Positions 16,917-25,920 are shown, counted from the first letter of the stretch. The stretch is DNA of 31,298 nucleotides from a virus (IMGVR_UViG_3300017778_001321:1-31298), one strand, 5' to 3'. Numbers and translations: made by a program. Notes: generated by a model from the sequence alone, not told the origin.

Positions 16917-18890
16917 ATGTCCGGTTCATTTGCACCGCTTAGTTTTGGTGAATTTAAAGCGCCCGATATTGTGGGCATCTCTAACGCCATGCAGGGGTTG
17001 GAACTCAACCGTATGCGGTCGCAGCAGTTGCAGGGCGCCGAAAGTGAGCGCAACGCGCTGCGGCAATACCTGTCCAACCCTAACGTCGACATTATGTCGC
17101 CTGAAACCAGCCGTCGCGTGTTGGCGGTTGCGCCGACCATTGGCGGTCCTGCGCTTAGCGCGGTTGTTGCCGCGCGCCGGGATGCAATGCAAGCGCAAAC
17201 AGCACAAGCTGAGTTGCTGTTAAAAAACATAGAAGTTGGTCGTGAACGTTTGGTGCCCATTAGGACGCTGCCGGAACCCGACCGACCTGCGGCGTACGCC
17301 TCTTGGCTTGATGATATGGAGCGCCGGATTCCGGGTTTTCGTCAAGGCGTTCCCCAAACATATTCGCCCGAAGCATACATAGATTTAATATCTAAGGCCA
17401 ACGAAATTATTTCCGCTAATAAACCTGACTATGTCGTGACACAAGTGCCGGGGTCTCCGCCGTTTTTGACAGACCGCCGCACAGGCATGACGCGCCCGGC
17501 TACCGAAGCAGAAGCCGCAGGCGCGCCAGCCGCACCGGCCGCTGCGCCCCGCGCTGGAGGCCCTGCGATGTCGCCGGGCCAAACAGCCGCGGCGGACTTC
17601 CTGCGCCGCCGCGAAGGGTTCCGCGAATCACCCTACTACGACGTAAACGCCTTTCGCGCCGGCTACGGCAGCGACACCGCGACACTGGCCGACGGCACGG
17701 TCGTGCCGGTGCGCCAAGGTATGACGGTCAGCCGCGAAGACGCCGAGCGCGATCTGGCCCGGCGCATCCCGCAATTTGAACAGCGTGTTGTTGCCGCTGT
17801 CGGGCAAGAACAGTACGCAGCGCTACCACCCAACGCGCAAGCCGCGCTGATTTCCATCGCGTACAACTACGGCACCCTGCCCGGCAGCATCCGCGCCGCC
17901 GCCCGGTCGGGCAATCCAGCCGCGCTGGCGCAAGCTGTGGCCGGGCTGGCCGCCGACAATGAAGGCGTCAACGCTGGGCGCCGCCGCGCAGAAGCCGCCA
18001 TGATTACCGGCGGCAACGCTATGGCGCCGGGCGCCATACCCACCAACGCCATGGCGCAGGCTGATGCTACGGCGATGAACATGCCTCAGTTTCCAACCTT
18101 TGCCCCGCCGCGCACGCTGGCCGAAGCAGACTATCAAAAGCGCATGATGGATGCAGTAGCGGAGTTGGAGAAGAAGCGGATTGAAGCCGACCGCGCGCGC
18201 GCTGAGCAGCCTGGACGAGTGCAAGAAGCAGGGCAAACGGCCGGCGCAATTGCTGGCGCGCAAGCCGATGTTCGCCGTGCGGGCCAGCCTGGACGAGTGG
18301 AAGAAGCAGGGGAAACGACCGCCGCGCAAACACGGGCAAAACTTGAAACCGAGGAAGCTATTAAGCGTCGCCAAGACGCCGAACGCTTGGACACGGCCAT
18401 ACGCGAAGTAGAAAAGCTTATCCAACCGGGCGGGTTGTTGCAGAGGGCCACCGGCAGCGGCGCGGGGGCTTTGATTGACGCGGCTGGTAATTTAGTCGGT
18501 ATGTCTAGCCGCGCAGCCGAAGCCGCAGCGGCCATACCGCCTATCGCAGATTTGGTGTTGAAGATGGTGCCGCGGTTTGAAGGACCGCAAGGCGTGCGAG
18601 ACGTACAAATTTACGAAAAGGCGGCGGGTGACTTATCAAACCCCACAACCCCCAATCCTCAACGGTTGGCCGCCGCGCGAGAAATTTTACGTCTTATGCG
18701 GGACCGGCGCGATCAATTTTCGTACACCGCGGGCGGCAGCACAACGCCAACAGCCGGTTCTGCGCCGCAACGCCCGGCTGCAACGGCGGCACCCCCTGCG
18801 CCTCCTGCGCCGCCCGGTATGTCGCAAAGCGATTGGGGCCGTTTGTGGGGCGTTATGAAACCTGAGGAGCGCGCGCTGTGGCAGAACTAA
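16917..18890 (+). CDS. DNA ejection protein 2 with GH24 lysozyme-like domain
   Basis: FLRRREGFRESPYYDVNAFRAGYG...LPPNAQAALISIAYNYG (E-x8-D) at ~17580-18010; remainder helical and Ala-rich. Confidence 0.82.
   Translation: MSGSFAPLSFGEFKAPDIVGISNAMQGLELNRMRSQQLQGAESERNALRQYLSNPNVDIMSPETSRRVLAVAPTIGGPALSAVVAARRDAMQAQTAQAELLLKNIEVGRERLVPIRTLPEPDRPAAYASWLDDMERRIPGFRQGVPQTYSPEAYIDLISKANEIISANKPDYVVTQVPGSPPFLTDRRTGMTRPATEAEAAGAPAAPAAAPRAGGPAMSPGQTAAADFLRRREGFRESPYYDVNAFRAGYGSDTATLADGTVVPVRQGMTVSREDAERDLARRIPQFEQRVVAAVGQEQYAALPPNAQAALISIAYNYGTLPGSIRAAARSGNPAALAQAVAGLAADNEGVNAGRRRAEAAMITGGNAMAPGAIPTNAMAQADATAMNMPQFPTFAPPRTLAEADYQKRMMDAVAELEKKRIEADRARAEQPGRVQEAGQTAGAIAGAQADVRRAGQPGRVEEAGETTAAQTRAKLETEEAIKRRQDAERLDTAIREVEKLIQPGGLLQRATGSGAGALIDAAGNLVGMSSRAAEAAAAIPPIADLVLKMVPRFEGPQGVRDVQIYEKAAGDLSNPTTPNPQRLAAAREILRLMRDRRDQFSYTAGGSTTPTAGSAPQRPAATAAPPAPPAPPGMSQSDWGRLWGVMKPEERALWQN
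18207..18317 (+). repeat. 33-bp direct repeat, 78-bp period
   Basis: CAGCCTGGACGAGTG(C/G)AAGAAGCAGGG(C/G)AAACG at 18207 and 18285, two mismatches. Confidence 0.9.
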
Positions 18891-20869
18891 ACATCGACCA
18901 ACAGCGCGCTATGGCGCTGGCGCAGGCGCGGCTTCGGCTACAGGACGCTGAAGCCCCGACGACCGGCGAAGGCGTCCCAGGCCCGCGCCGCACATGGTCG
19001 GACGTTCCTGCCGGCATCCGGCAAAATCTGCCGGCCAGCGCGCAACGGTTCTACGGCGGTCTTGTTGAAGCCTTTACCAGCCCCATACAGACCGCAAAAA
19101 GTTTTGCGGACTTAGCCGCGGGCGGCCTCCGTGCCGGCGCCCGCGCCGTGTTACCGCGCAGCGTTACCGACGCGCTTGACCGTTTGGACAACCCTGAAAC
19201 AACGGCGCGTATTAGCGAAATAGCCAATACTGTTGGGGGTGAGTACGCCAAAAATTATGGGTCTTTAGACGGCATTCGAGACAAAATTGCGGAAGACCCG
19301 GTGGGCTTTTTGTCGGATATGTCTTTAATTCTGACCGGGGGCGCGGGCGCGGCGACAAAAGCCGGCGCGGTGGGCACCGCGACAACTTTGGGCCGCGCTG
19401 CTAGGCTTACCGACCCTCTGACGCCGGTCATCGCGCCCATTCAGTTGGCGGGGCGCGCTGCGGGTAAAACGGCGGATGTGGCCTACGACATGACCGACCC
19501 TATGGCGCGCGCGTATACGCAAGCCGCGGCTGGACGTGGACCGGAAATCGTACAAGCATTACGCAATCCTGCTGCCGAGTTCGTGCCAGGCTCCCGACCG
19601 CTGACATCGCAATTGGCGGCGTCAGCCGGGGCGCCTGAGTTCGCGGCGTTTTCGCGCATGGGTGAAGAGCGCATGGCCGCAGAACTGGCGCGGCGGTTGG
19701 AAGACCAAAGCATCGCCCGCCAATCTTACATGCAGCAGGTTAGCGGCGCCCCCGCCAACCCGGTTACTGGTCAGCGCGGCGCCATGGAAGTGGCAAAAGA
19801 AGCGCGCGCCCAAACCTCGGGCGCCGCGTATCGTAGGGCCGAACCGGAAGTCTATCGCGCTGACGCGACCATAGAAACATTGTTTGACCGGCCGTCCATA
19901 CGCGACGCGCTGTCGTGGGCAGAAGAAGTAGCCCGCGAAAAAAGCCAGCCGTTTACAATCCGGCGTCCTGAGCCGCCCGCTGCGCCTACGCCGACAGGTA
20001 TGTTGGACGCGCAAGGCCGGCCGATAATGTCGACGCCGGCGGCGACCACGCCCCTTGAATACTCCGTGCGCGATTTGGACCGGCTGCAAAAGGCGCTAAA
20101 AGATTATGTCAAAGAAAACCCGAAAAACTTGGGTGTCGAGCAACGCAACGCGATTACCGCCACCCGGCAAGAACTGTTAGATTGGATCGACAATCAATCT
20201 GACGCGTACAAAGCCGCCCGCGAAGGATACGCGGAAGCCAGTGGGCCTATCAACCGCATGGCCGTGGGCCGCGAAATACAGAACGCGCTGACAAACCCTT
20301 TGACGGGGGAAGCGTCGCGGGCCAGCACTTTTGCGTCGGCGATTGAAAACGCGCCGCGCACTATCAAGCGTTCTACTGGCGAAAGCCGGTTCTCTTACCT
20401 GTCGGATGTTTTGGCGCCCGCGGATATTAAAGTGGTGCAAGACATTCAAAAAGACTTAATGCGGGCAGAAAGAACGGAAAGGTCTGTGGCCGCGGGACGC
20501 CGGGCGGATATTCCCGACATCACCAAAACCGCAACAGAAGCTTCAGAAGCACTTGGCCCGCGTTTGTCTTTATTAAATCGAGCGGCTACTGTTGCCAATT
20601 GGCTTATAAGTAAATTAGAGGGCAGATTAAACCCTGAATTAGCGCAAAGAATTGCGCGGGATTTGCTCGACCCTAACGCGACGGCGTTTCAGCTTGACCG
20701 TGCGCTGCGCCGCGAAGCCAACAGGGCCAAAACAGTGTCGCGTATTGAAACACCGTTTCAAACTACGGCGGCGGCATTGCGTAACCCCGCCGCTCGAGGG
20801 GTTCCTCAAGTCTTGAACGCCATGAACCCTTATGAAGACCCGTTTGTAGCCAACGCTTTTGCCCGTTAA
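18878..20869 (+). CDS. DNA ejection protein 3
   Basis: 663 aa, Ala/Arg-rich, helical; last large gene before lysis; GTG start with SD GAGGAG. Confidence 0.72.
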   Translation: MAELNIDQQRAMALAQARLRLQDAEAPTTGEGVPGPRRTWSDVPAGIRQNLPASAQRFYGGLVEAFTSPIQTAKSFADLAAGGLRAGARAVLPRSVTDALDRLDNPETTARISEIANTVGGEYAKNYGSLDGIRDKIAEDPVGFLSDMSLILTGGAGAATKAGAVGTATTLGRAARLTDPLTPVIAPIQLAGRAAGKTADVAYDMTDPMARAYTQAAAGRGPEIVQALRNPAAEFVPGSRPLTSQLAASAGAPEFAAFSRMGEERMAAELARRLEDQSIARQSYMQQVSGAPANPVTGQRGAMEVAKEARAQTSGAAYRRAEPEVYRADATIETLFDRPSIRDALSWAEEVAREKSQPFTIRRPEPPAAPTPTGMLDAQGRPIMSTPAATTPLEYSVRDLDRLQKALKDYVKENPKNLGVEQRNAITATRQELLDWIDNQSDAYKAAREGYAEASGPINRMAVGREIQNALTNPLTGEASRASTFASAIENAPRTIKRSTGESRFSYLSDVLAPADIKVVQDIQKDLMRAERTERSVAAGRRADIPDITKTATEASEALGPRLSLLNRAATVANWLISKLEGRLNPELAQRIARDLLDPNATAFQLDRALRREANRAKTVSRIETPFQTTAAALRNPAARGVPQVLNAMNPYEDPFVANAFAR

Positions 20870-20878
20870 AGGCCCACC

Positions 20879-21109
20879 ATGACGCAAGACCTATACAACA
20901 TTATCGTGGGCATTGCCGGCACCGCCATCGGCTGGTTGATGAAGGTGGTGTGGGATAGCGTAAGGCTGCTCCAAGAAGATATGAAAAAGATTGAACGTGA
21001 AGTACATACAAGCTACGTCAGCAAGGACGACTATCGCGCCGACATCCAAGAGATTAAAGAGATGTGCAAGGCGATCTTTGACCGTCTGGACCGCAAGGTC
21101 GACAAATGA
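20879..21109 (+). CDS. small membrane protein (one TM plus coiled coil), lysis-associated
   Basis: IIVGIAGTAIGWLMKVVW then charged heptads; first gene of the lysis cassette. Confidence 0.65.
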   Translation: MTQDLYNIIVGIAGTAIGWLMKVVWDSVRLLQEDMKKIEREVHTSYVSKDDYRADIQEIKEMCKAIFDRLDRKVDK

Positions 21110-21121
21110 AGGATAACAGAC

Positions 21122-21289
21122 ATGAGCCGTGACATCTGGCTGGGCCTTGCCCGGCACATCTTGACCGCCCTGGGCGGCTTCCTTGTCGCGCGAGGGTCCA
21201 TTGACGCCGCGACGGTGGAAGTGATCGTCGGCGCGTCCATCACGTTGGGCGGCGCAGCTTGGTCCATTGCAGACAAGAAGAACCGGTGA
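21122..21289 (+). CDS. putative holin, two TM segments (not in ORF track)
   Basis: 55 aa MSRDIWLGLARHILTALGGFLVARG...IVGASITLGGAAWSIADKKNR; SD AAGGA; basic tail; GTGA coupling to the endolysin. Confidence 0.8.
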   Translation: MSRDIWLGLARHILTALGGFLVARGSIDAATVEVIVGASITLGGAAWSIADKKNR

Positions 21290-21897
21290 TCACCACGCGA
21301 TTGATGCAGGCATTGAACTGGAGCGACCCAGCCGAATGGGCCGCGCTGTTGGACGACGCTTGCACTCAGTACGAAATTATTACTTCCAAGCGCATCGCCA
21401 TGTTTCTGGCCAACACCGGCCACGAGAGCAACGGCGGTCGGGCGTTGCGCGAGAGCCTAAACTACCGCCCTGCGGCGCTGGTGACGCAATGGCCGCAATA
21501 CTTCTCACCGGCGTATGCCGAAGACGTAGGGCGCACGGCTGACCACCCGGCGGACCAGAAGGCCATCGCCGAGGCGGCGTATGGCGGGCGCATGGGCAAC
21601 GTAAACCTAGGTGACGGCTGGCGCTTTATTGGCCGGGGGCTGATGCAGACCACAGGCCGAGACAATTACGAGAGCCTAGCGCAAACCCTAGGGATGCTGG
21701 TGGACGACCTACCAAGCTGGATTGAAACGAAGGAAGGCGCCGCCGAAAGCGCCGTTGTCTTTTGGTTCGCCAAGGGCTGCAACGACCTGGCCGACGCCGG
21801 CGCCGTGGACCGTTGCCGGCAGCGGATTAACGGCGGTCTGAACGGTATCTTAGACGTGCGGCAGCGCTACACTACGGCGCTGGGCTTGTTGACGTAA
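21286..21897 (+). CDS. endolysin, glycoside hydrolase family 19
   Basis: AMFLANTGHES, ESLNY, GDGWRFIGRGLMQTTGRDNY, RINGGLNG; likely GTG start at 21286. Confidence 0.92.
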   Translation: MITTRLMQALNWSDPAEWAALLDDACTQYEIITSKRIAMFLANTGHESNGGRALRESLNYRPAALVTQWPQYFSPAYAEDVGRTADHPADQKAIAEAAYGGRMGNVNLGDGWRFIGRGLMQTTGRDNYESLAQTLGMLVDDLPSWIETKEGAAESAVVFWFAKGCNDLADAGAVDRCRQRINGGLNGILDVRQRYTTALGLLT

Positions 21898-22060
21898 GCA
21901 ATTCCCGGCGCTCGCGTAGCGTCCGCAACGCGGTAAATCGCTGGTGCATCCGCACCAACAGCGTCGCGCGCCGCTCGCCCTGGCGTTCTTCTTCGATCAT
22001 CGTCGCCAATTCGTCTTCGCGCAGGCTGCTCAACCGGACGTTCAATTCGCGCCAATTCAT
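21872..22060 (-). CDS. small helical hypothetical protein
   Basis: 62 aa, ATGA-coupled to the helicase stop. Confidence 0.7.
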   Translation of the reverse strand: MNWRELNVRLSSLREDELATMIEEERQGERRATLLVRMHQRFTALRTLRERRELLTSTSPAP

Positions 22061-23406
22061 TTTGCGGTGCCTTTCAATTCATCCAACGCCAAGTCAGACA
22101 CGGCGCGCTTGTCATAAAGCGCAGCCCAGATGCGTTCGTCAATCGTTTTGTTGCAAAGCAGCACATAGACCCAGACCGGATGCTTCTGCCCGCTGCGGTG
22201 CAGCCGCCCCACCGTCTGCTCGAACAGTTCCAGCGACCAGGGGATGGACATAAACACCATCTTGCTACCCCCGTGCTGAAGGTTCAGCCCGTGCCCCGCC
22301 GACTTGGGGTGAACCAGCAACAATTCGATCTTGCCGGCGTTCCAGCGCTCAATGGCGTTCGGGTCGTCAATCGTCGCCGCCTGGGGATACCGGCGCTTTA
22401 ATTCGGCAAGCTCCTCCTTAAAGTTGTAGACGATGATCGTGTTGGCGCGCTGGTTGCCTTCCAAGATGTCGGCCAGCGCCTCAAACTTATGGTCTGAAAA
22501 CCAAATGGCTTCCTGGCTTGGCGTGAATTTCCCTGCGATTTCCTCCGCGACGGTCGTGCGGAGATAAACGAAGCCGCTGGCCATCTGTTGCAGCTTGTTC
22601 GTCACCGCCGCGGCGGATAGCGCCGTGATCTGGCGCCCGCCCAGGTTCACCAAAAACTCCTTCTTCATCTTCTCGTACGGCAGCCGGTCGGGCATGTCAC
22701 AGCGCGTTTCGACGGTGTGGAGCGGCGGCAACTGGTCCTTATACTCGCCCGGCTCAAGCACGAAGGTAGCAGGCCGGATGGCGTCCATGATGCCCACAAG
22801 CGCGCCGGTGCGCGGCGCCCATTCGCCAATCTCGCGGTTGAGGCAGACGAAATACTTTTGCAGGAAGGCCCCCTTGGACCGGCCAAGCAGCATTTGGTCC
22901 ACCATCTTGCACTGCCCGAACACGTCTTCCAGGCCGTTGCTGGTAAAACTGCCGGTCAGGCCCCACCGATACTTGAACCAGCCAATGAACTTAAAGAGCG
23001 ACTTAAACCGCTTGCCGCCGGGGTTCTTTAGGCGGGTCAACTCGTCGAACACGATCCCGTCAAAGGGACCGATGCCGCCGGGGATGCGCTCAATGTTGTC
23101 GTAATTCGTCACCACCACCGGCGCGTCCGACGCAAAGGCGTCCGCGCGCTGCTTCGGCGTCCCCACCGCAACCGCAATCTTCATACCCGGCGCCCATTTC
23201 GACCCTTCAACCGGCCATACGTCCGTGCAGACGCGCTTCGGCGCCAGCACCAGCCACCGCTTGACGTGCCCGTCCGACAACATAGCCGACATGGCGGTCA
23301 GGGTTATGGCCGTCTTGCCCGCGCCCACCGGCGCTAGGATCATCGCGCGGTCGTGTTCATAGAGGAAATCCGCCGCGTCATCCTGATACGGTCGCAGCCC
23401 AACCAT
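22057..23406 (-). CDS. SNF2-family (SF2) helicase
   Basis: LRPYQ, APVGAGKT, VFDEL, GLTGS, SAGHGLNLQ, EQTVGRLHRSGQ. Confidence 0.95.
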   Translation of the reverse strand: MVGLRPYQDDAADFLYEHDRAMILAPVGAGKTAITLTAMSAMLSDGHVKRWLVLAPKRVCTDVWPVEGSKWAPGMKIAVAVGTPKQRADAFASDAPVVVTNYDNIERIPGGIGPFDGIVFDELTRLKNPGGKRFKSLFKFIGWFKYRWGLTGSFTSNGLEDVFGQCKMVDQMLLGRSKGAFLQKYFVCLNREIGEWAPRTGALVGIMDAIRPATFVLEPGEYKDQLPPLHTVETRCDMPDRLPYEKMKKEFLVNLGGRQITALSAAAVTNKLQQMASGFVYLRTTVAEEIAGKFTPSQEAIWFSDHKFEALADILEGNQRANTIIVYNFKEELAELKRRYPQAATIDDPNAIERWNAGKIELLLVHPKSAGHGLNLQHGGSKMVFMSIPWSLELFEQTVGRLHRSGQKHPVWVYVLLCNKTIDERIWAALYDKRAVSDLALDELKGTAK

Positions 23407-23668
23407 CCACCTGTTCCTTTGTCCAAAGGCAAGCGTAGCGTTGCCCTAGTCGCGTCATGTCGTCCGCGAACACTTGCTGAAGCGGCGCCAAGCGCCCGCC
23501 CTTCGGCTTCTTTAACTCGATGAACCACGTCTGCCCGCCCGGCAGGCAGACAATGCGGTCAGACACGCCGCGGTGATTGACCGACTTAAACTTGTAGGCC
23601 AATCCGCCCAGGCGGGCGACGTGCCAAAGCAAATGCCGTTCGATTTCGATTTCACGTTGAAACGCCAT
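23378..23668 (-). CDS. VRR-NUC domain nuclease (Holliday junction resolvase-like)
   Basis: EIEIE...GVSDRIV...WFIELKKPKGGRLAPLQ. Confidence 0.92.
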   Translation of the reverse strand: MAFQREIEIERHLLWHVARLGGLAYKFKSVNHRGVSDRIVCLPGGQTWFIELKKPKGGRLAPLQQVFADDMTRLGQRYACLWTKEQVDGWAATVSG

Positions 23669-23982
23669 TAAGGCTTACCTGTCGCCGCACGCAACGTTTC
23701 GTCCGCCGCCCGCGCTGCGTCCGCCCATGCGTTTGCTGCCGCTCGCATTGCGCCCGCCACTAACCGCGCCGTCGCTGCCGCGTCCGCCGCGTCCATCACC
23801 GCTCGCGTCGCGTCTGCCGCTCGCGCGTCCGCCACCCGCGCCGCGTCCGCTGCCCGCACGTTCGCGTCCCGTATCACATCCGCGTCCCGCACCAACGCCT
23901 TCAAATCTGTCGCCAACCGAATGTCCGCCGCGGCCTGCACCGCTGCTAGTACGCCGGCCGGCGCTTTGTGTTGGTTTATCAT
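23668..23982 (-). CDS. Ala-rich low-complexity repeat protein
   Basis: Strong SD AAAGGAGG 7 nt before ATG 23982; TAATG coupling to VRR-NUC; (R)AADA repeats. Confidence 0.7.
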   Translation of the reverse strand: MINQHKAPAGVLAAVQAAADIRLATDLKALVRDADVIRDANVRAADAARVADARAADATRAVMDAADAAATARLVAGAMRAAANAWADAARAADETLRAATGKP

Positions 23983-23997
23983 ATCCAAACCTCCTTT

Positions 23998-24067
23998 CCC
24001 CTTTTATGCATAAAAACCTGTTACCTTAAAAAAGGGGCTTGTGCAAGAGATTTTGTTGCGCTACATC
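23998..24067. promoter_or_regulatory. divergent overlapping promoters with palindromic operator candidate
   Basis: + strand TTGTGC (24039-24044)-17-TACATC; - strand TTGCAC (24046-24041)-17-TAACAG; perfect palindrome TTTTATGCATAAAA at 24002-24015. Confidence 0.6.
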
Positions 24068-24099
24068 TTGGGGCGTACAAACACCAAGGAGAAAAGCGA

Positions 24100-25242
24100 A
24101 TGGCTAACCACTCAAACATTGTCGGCGGTTCTACCGCCAAGCGGGTTATCGCCTGCCCTGCTAGCGTCAAGCTGGCCCAGGCCATGCCGGAAGGCCGCAA
24201 GTCGTCCAAGTACGCGGACGAAGGCACCCTCTGCCACAACATCATGGACGCCGTGCTGACGGACGGGCGCAAGCCCGAGGACTTCATTGGCATGACGCTG
24301 AACGACGTTGAGGTCACGGCGGAACTGATCGAGGCTAAGGTGCGGCCGGCGCTGGCGGCGCTGGCTGAGATTGACCCTGACGGGCAGATGGAATTTGAGT
24401 GCGAAACCGTTGTCGGGTTTGGTGAAGCGTTGCCCGACGTGTTTGGTTCGGCGGACGTCATTGGGCGCATGGGCAACCGGGCGATTGTGCTGGACTGGAA
24501 GTTTGGCGACGGCGTTGACGTGGCGGTAGAGGAAAACCCGCAGGCCATGTTCTACGCCGCAGCCGCCATGCGTACCCCGGCGGCGCAATGGGCGTTCGAC
24601 GGCGCGACCGAGATTGAGTGTGTTATCATCCAGCCGACCGCGTACAAGCCGGTCAAGCGGTGGTTGACCGGCCCAACACGCATCCGCGCGTTTGAACGCG
24701 AGTTGTTTGCCGCGGTCAAGGCCGCCATGGGGCCAAAGCCCGCGCTGGTATCCGGCGATCATTGCCGCTGGTGCCCAGCCAAGCCGACATGCCCGCTGCT
24801 GACGGGCGCCGTGGATCGGGCGTTGCAGTTGCAGATGGCGGCCCTGGACGCGCCCATGATTGGGCAAATGCTAACCAAGGCTGACTTGCTCGAAGACTGG
24901 ATTAAGGACCTTCGCGGGTTGGCGTTTGACATGCTGAAGGCGGGTACGGCGGTGCCGGGCTTCAAGCTGGTGCCAAAGCGCGCTATGCGGCAGTGGATTG
25001 ACCCCGAGAAGGCGCAAGCGGCGCTGGAAGGCGTTGGCCTTGACGCAACGGAATTGACGGAGACAAAGCTGGTATCGCCGGCGCAGGCAGAGAAGGTGCT
25101 GAAAAAGCGCAAACTGGCCATGCCCGACGACCTGATTGTTGCCGTCTCATCAGGCGACACGCTGGCTCCCGAGGCTGACCCTCGCCCAGCGTCGTTGCAG
25201 ATTGGCGTTCAACTGAGCGCCGCTCTTGGCAAACTCATATAG
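24100..25242 (+). CDS. DUF2800-like PD-(D/E)XK exonuclease (Cas4/AddB-like Fe-S)
   Basis: ACPAS, ADEGTLCH, FGSADVI, VLDWKFG, NPQAMFYA, HCRWCPAKPTC (1+3 Cys); SD AAGGAG supports ATG 24100. Confidence 0.9.
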   Translation: MANHSNIVGGSTAKRVIACPASVKLAQAMPEGRKSSKYADEGTLCHNIMDAVLTDGRKPEDFIGMTLNDVEVTAELIEAKVRPALAALAEIDPDGQMEFECETVVGFGEALPDVFGSADVIGRMGNRAIVLDWKFGDGVDVAVEENPQAMFYAAAAMRTPAAQWAFDGATEIECVIIQPTAYKPVKRWLTGPTRIRAFERELFAAVKAAMGPKPALVSGDHCRWCPAKPTCPLLTGAVDRALQLQMAALDAPMIGQMLTKADLLEDWIKDLRGLAFDMLKAGTAVPGFKLVPKRAMRQWIDPEKAQAALEGVGLDATELTETKLVSPAQAEKVLKKRKLAMPDDLIVAVSSGDTLAPEADPRPASLQIGVQLSAALGKLI

Positions 25243-25254
25243 GAAACCCGAACG

Positions 25255-25920
25255 ATGAACGAACTCACGAAATTCGGCAGCGCAAACCTGCCGTCCGCCC
25301 AATCTCTCGCGCAATCGCTGCGCGGGCTTTCGGCAATCGCGGCGACCGGCGGCGCGGTCATCCTAAAAATGGACAAGACCGGCCATTGGGTGTTTGGTTC
25401 TGACCAGACGGAAATCGAGGAAGACAGCCTTTGGGCCGTCAATCCTTTCTCTTTTGTTCACGGCTATATTGCCTGGGGCAACGGCGAGCCGCTTGGTGAG
25501 AATATGGTCCCTGTCACGCACCCTTTGCCCGATGTTGGCGAACCCCCCAAGGGCGCCGACAAGGGCTGGGAAACGCAGGTGGGGCTTTCGTTGAAATGCA
25601 CCGCGGGCGAAGACAAGGACATGGAAGCGAGGTTTGCGGCTACGTCAGTCGGGGGCAAGCGCGCCGTGCAGGTGTTGGCCTTGGCCATCGCCACGCAGGT
25701 CGAGAAGGACCAGACGAAGCCTGTCCCAGTGGTGCGACTCAAGAAGGAACACTACGCCCACAAGAAGTACGGCAAGGTCTATACGCCGGTCTTTGAAGTG
25801 GTGGAATGGATCAGCCTTGACGGTCCTGCCGCTGCTGCTGCGCCGGCGGCGGAAGCCGAGCCTGACGCCGACGAACCCGCGCCGGCCGATACTGGCCGTC
25901 GTCGTCGTCGCACAGCCTGA
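25255..25920 (+). CDS. probable ssDNA-binding protein
   Basis: Sits between the nuclease and PolA; aromatic beta-rich core; acidic Ala/Pro tail. Call is mainly by synteny. Confidence 0.6.
   Translation: MNELTKFGSANLPSAQSLAQSLRGLSAIAATGGAVILKMDKTGHWVFGSDQTEIEEDSLWAVNPFSFVHGYIAWGNGEPLGENMVPVTHPLPDVGEPPKGADKGWETQVGLSLKCTAGEDKDMEARFAATSVGGKRAVQVLALAIATQVEKDQTKPVPVVRLKKEHYAHKKYGKVYTPVFEVVEWISLDGPAAAAAPAAEAEPDADEPAPADTGRRRRRTA

Noticed and set aside
183-21665. Numerous - strand and alternate-frame ORFs in the late region (for example 806-1372, 2468-3061, 6091-6774, 17823-18425)
   Set aside because: Shadow ORFs of GC-rich genes, with no recognisable motifs or coupling.
23968-24099. Extended N-terminus of the nuclease ORF, and similar extensions at 2493, 2762, 2823, 12928, 21259 and 30945
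   Set aside because: SD position and stop/start coupling favour the internal starts 24100, 2517, 2774, 2946, 12967, 21286 and 30849.
24100-25242. Cas4-like nuclease as a sign of a CRISPR system
   Set aside because: No array and no cas1 or cas2; this family is a routine part of phage nuclease-SSB-PolA modules.
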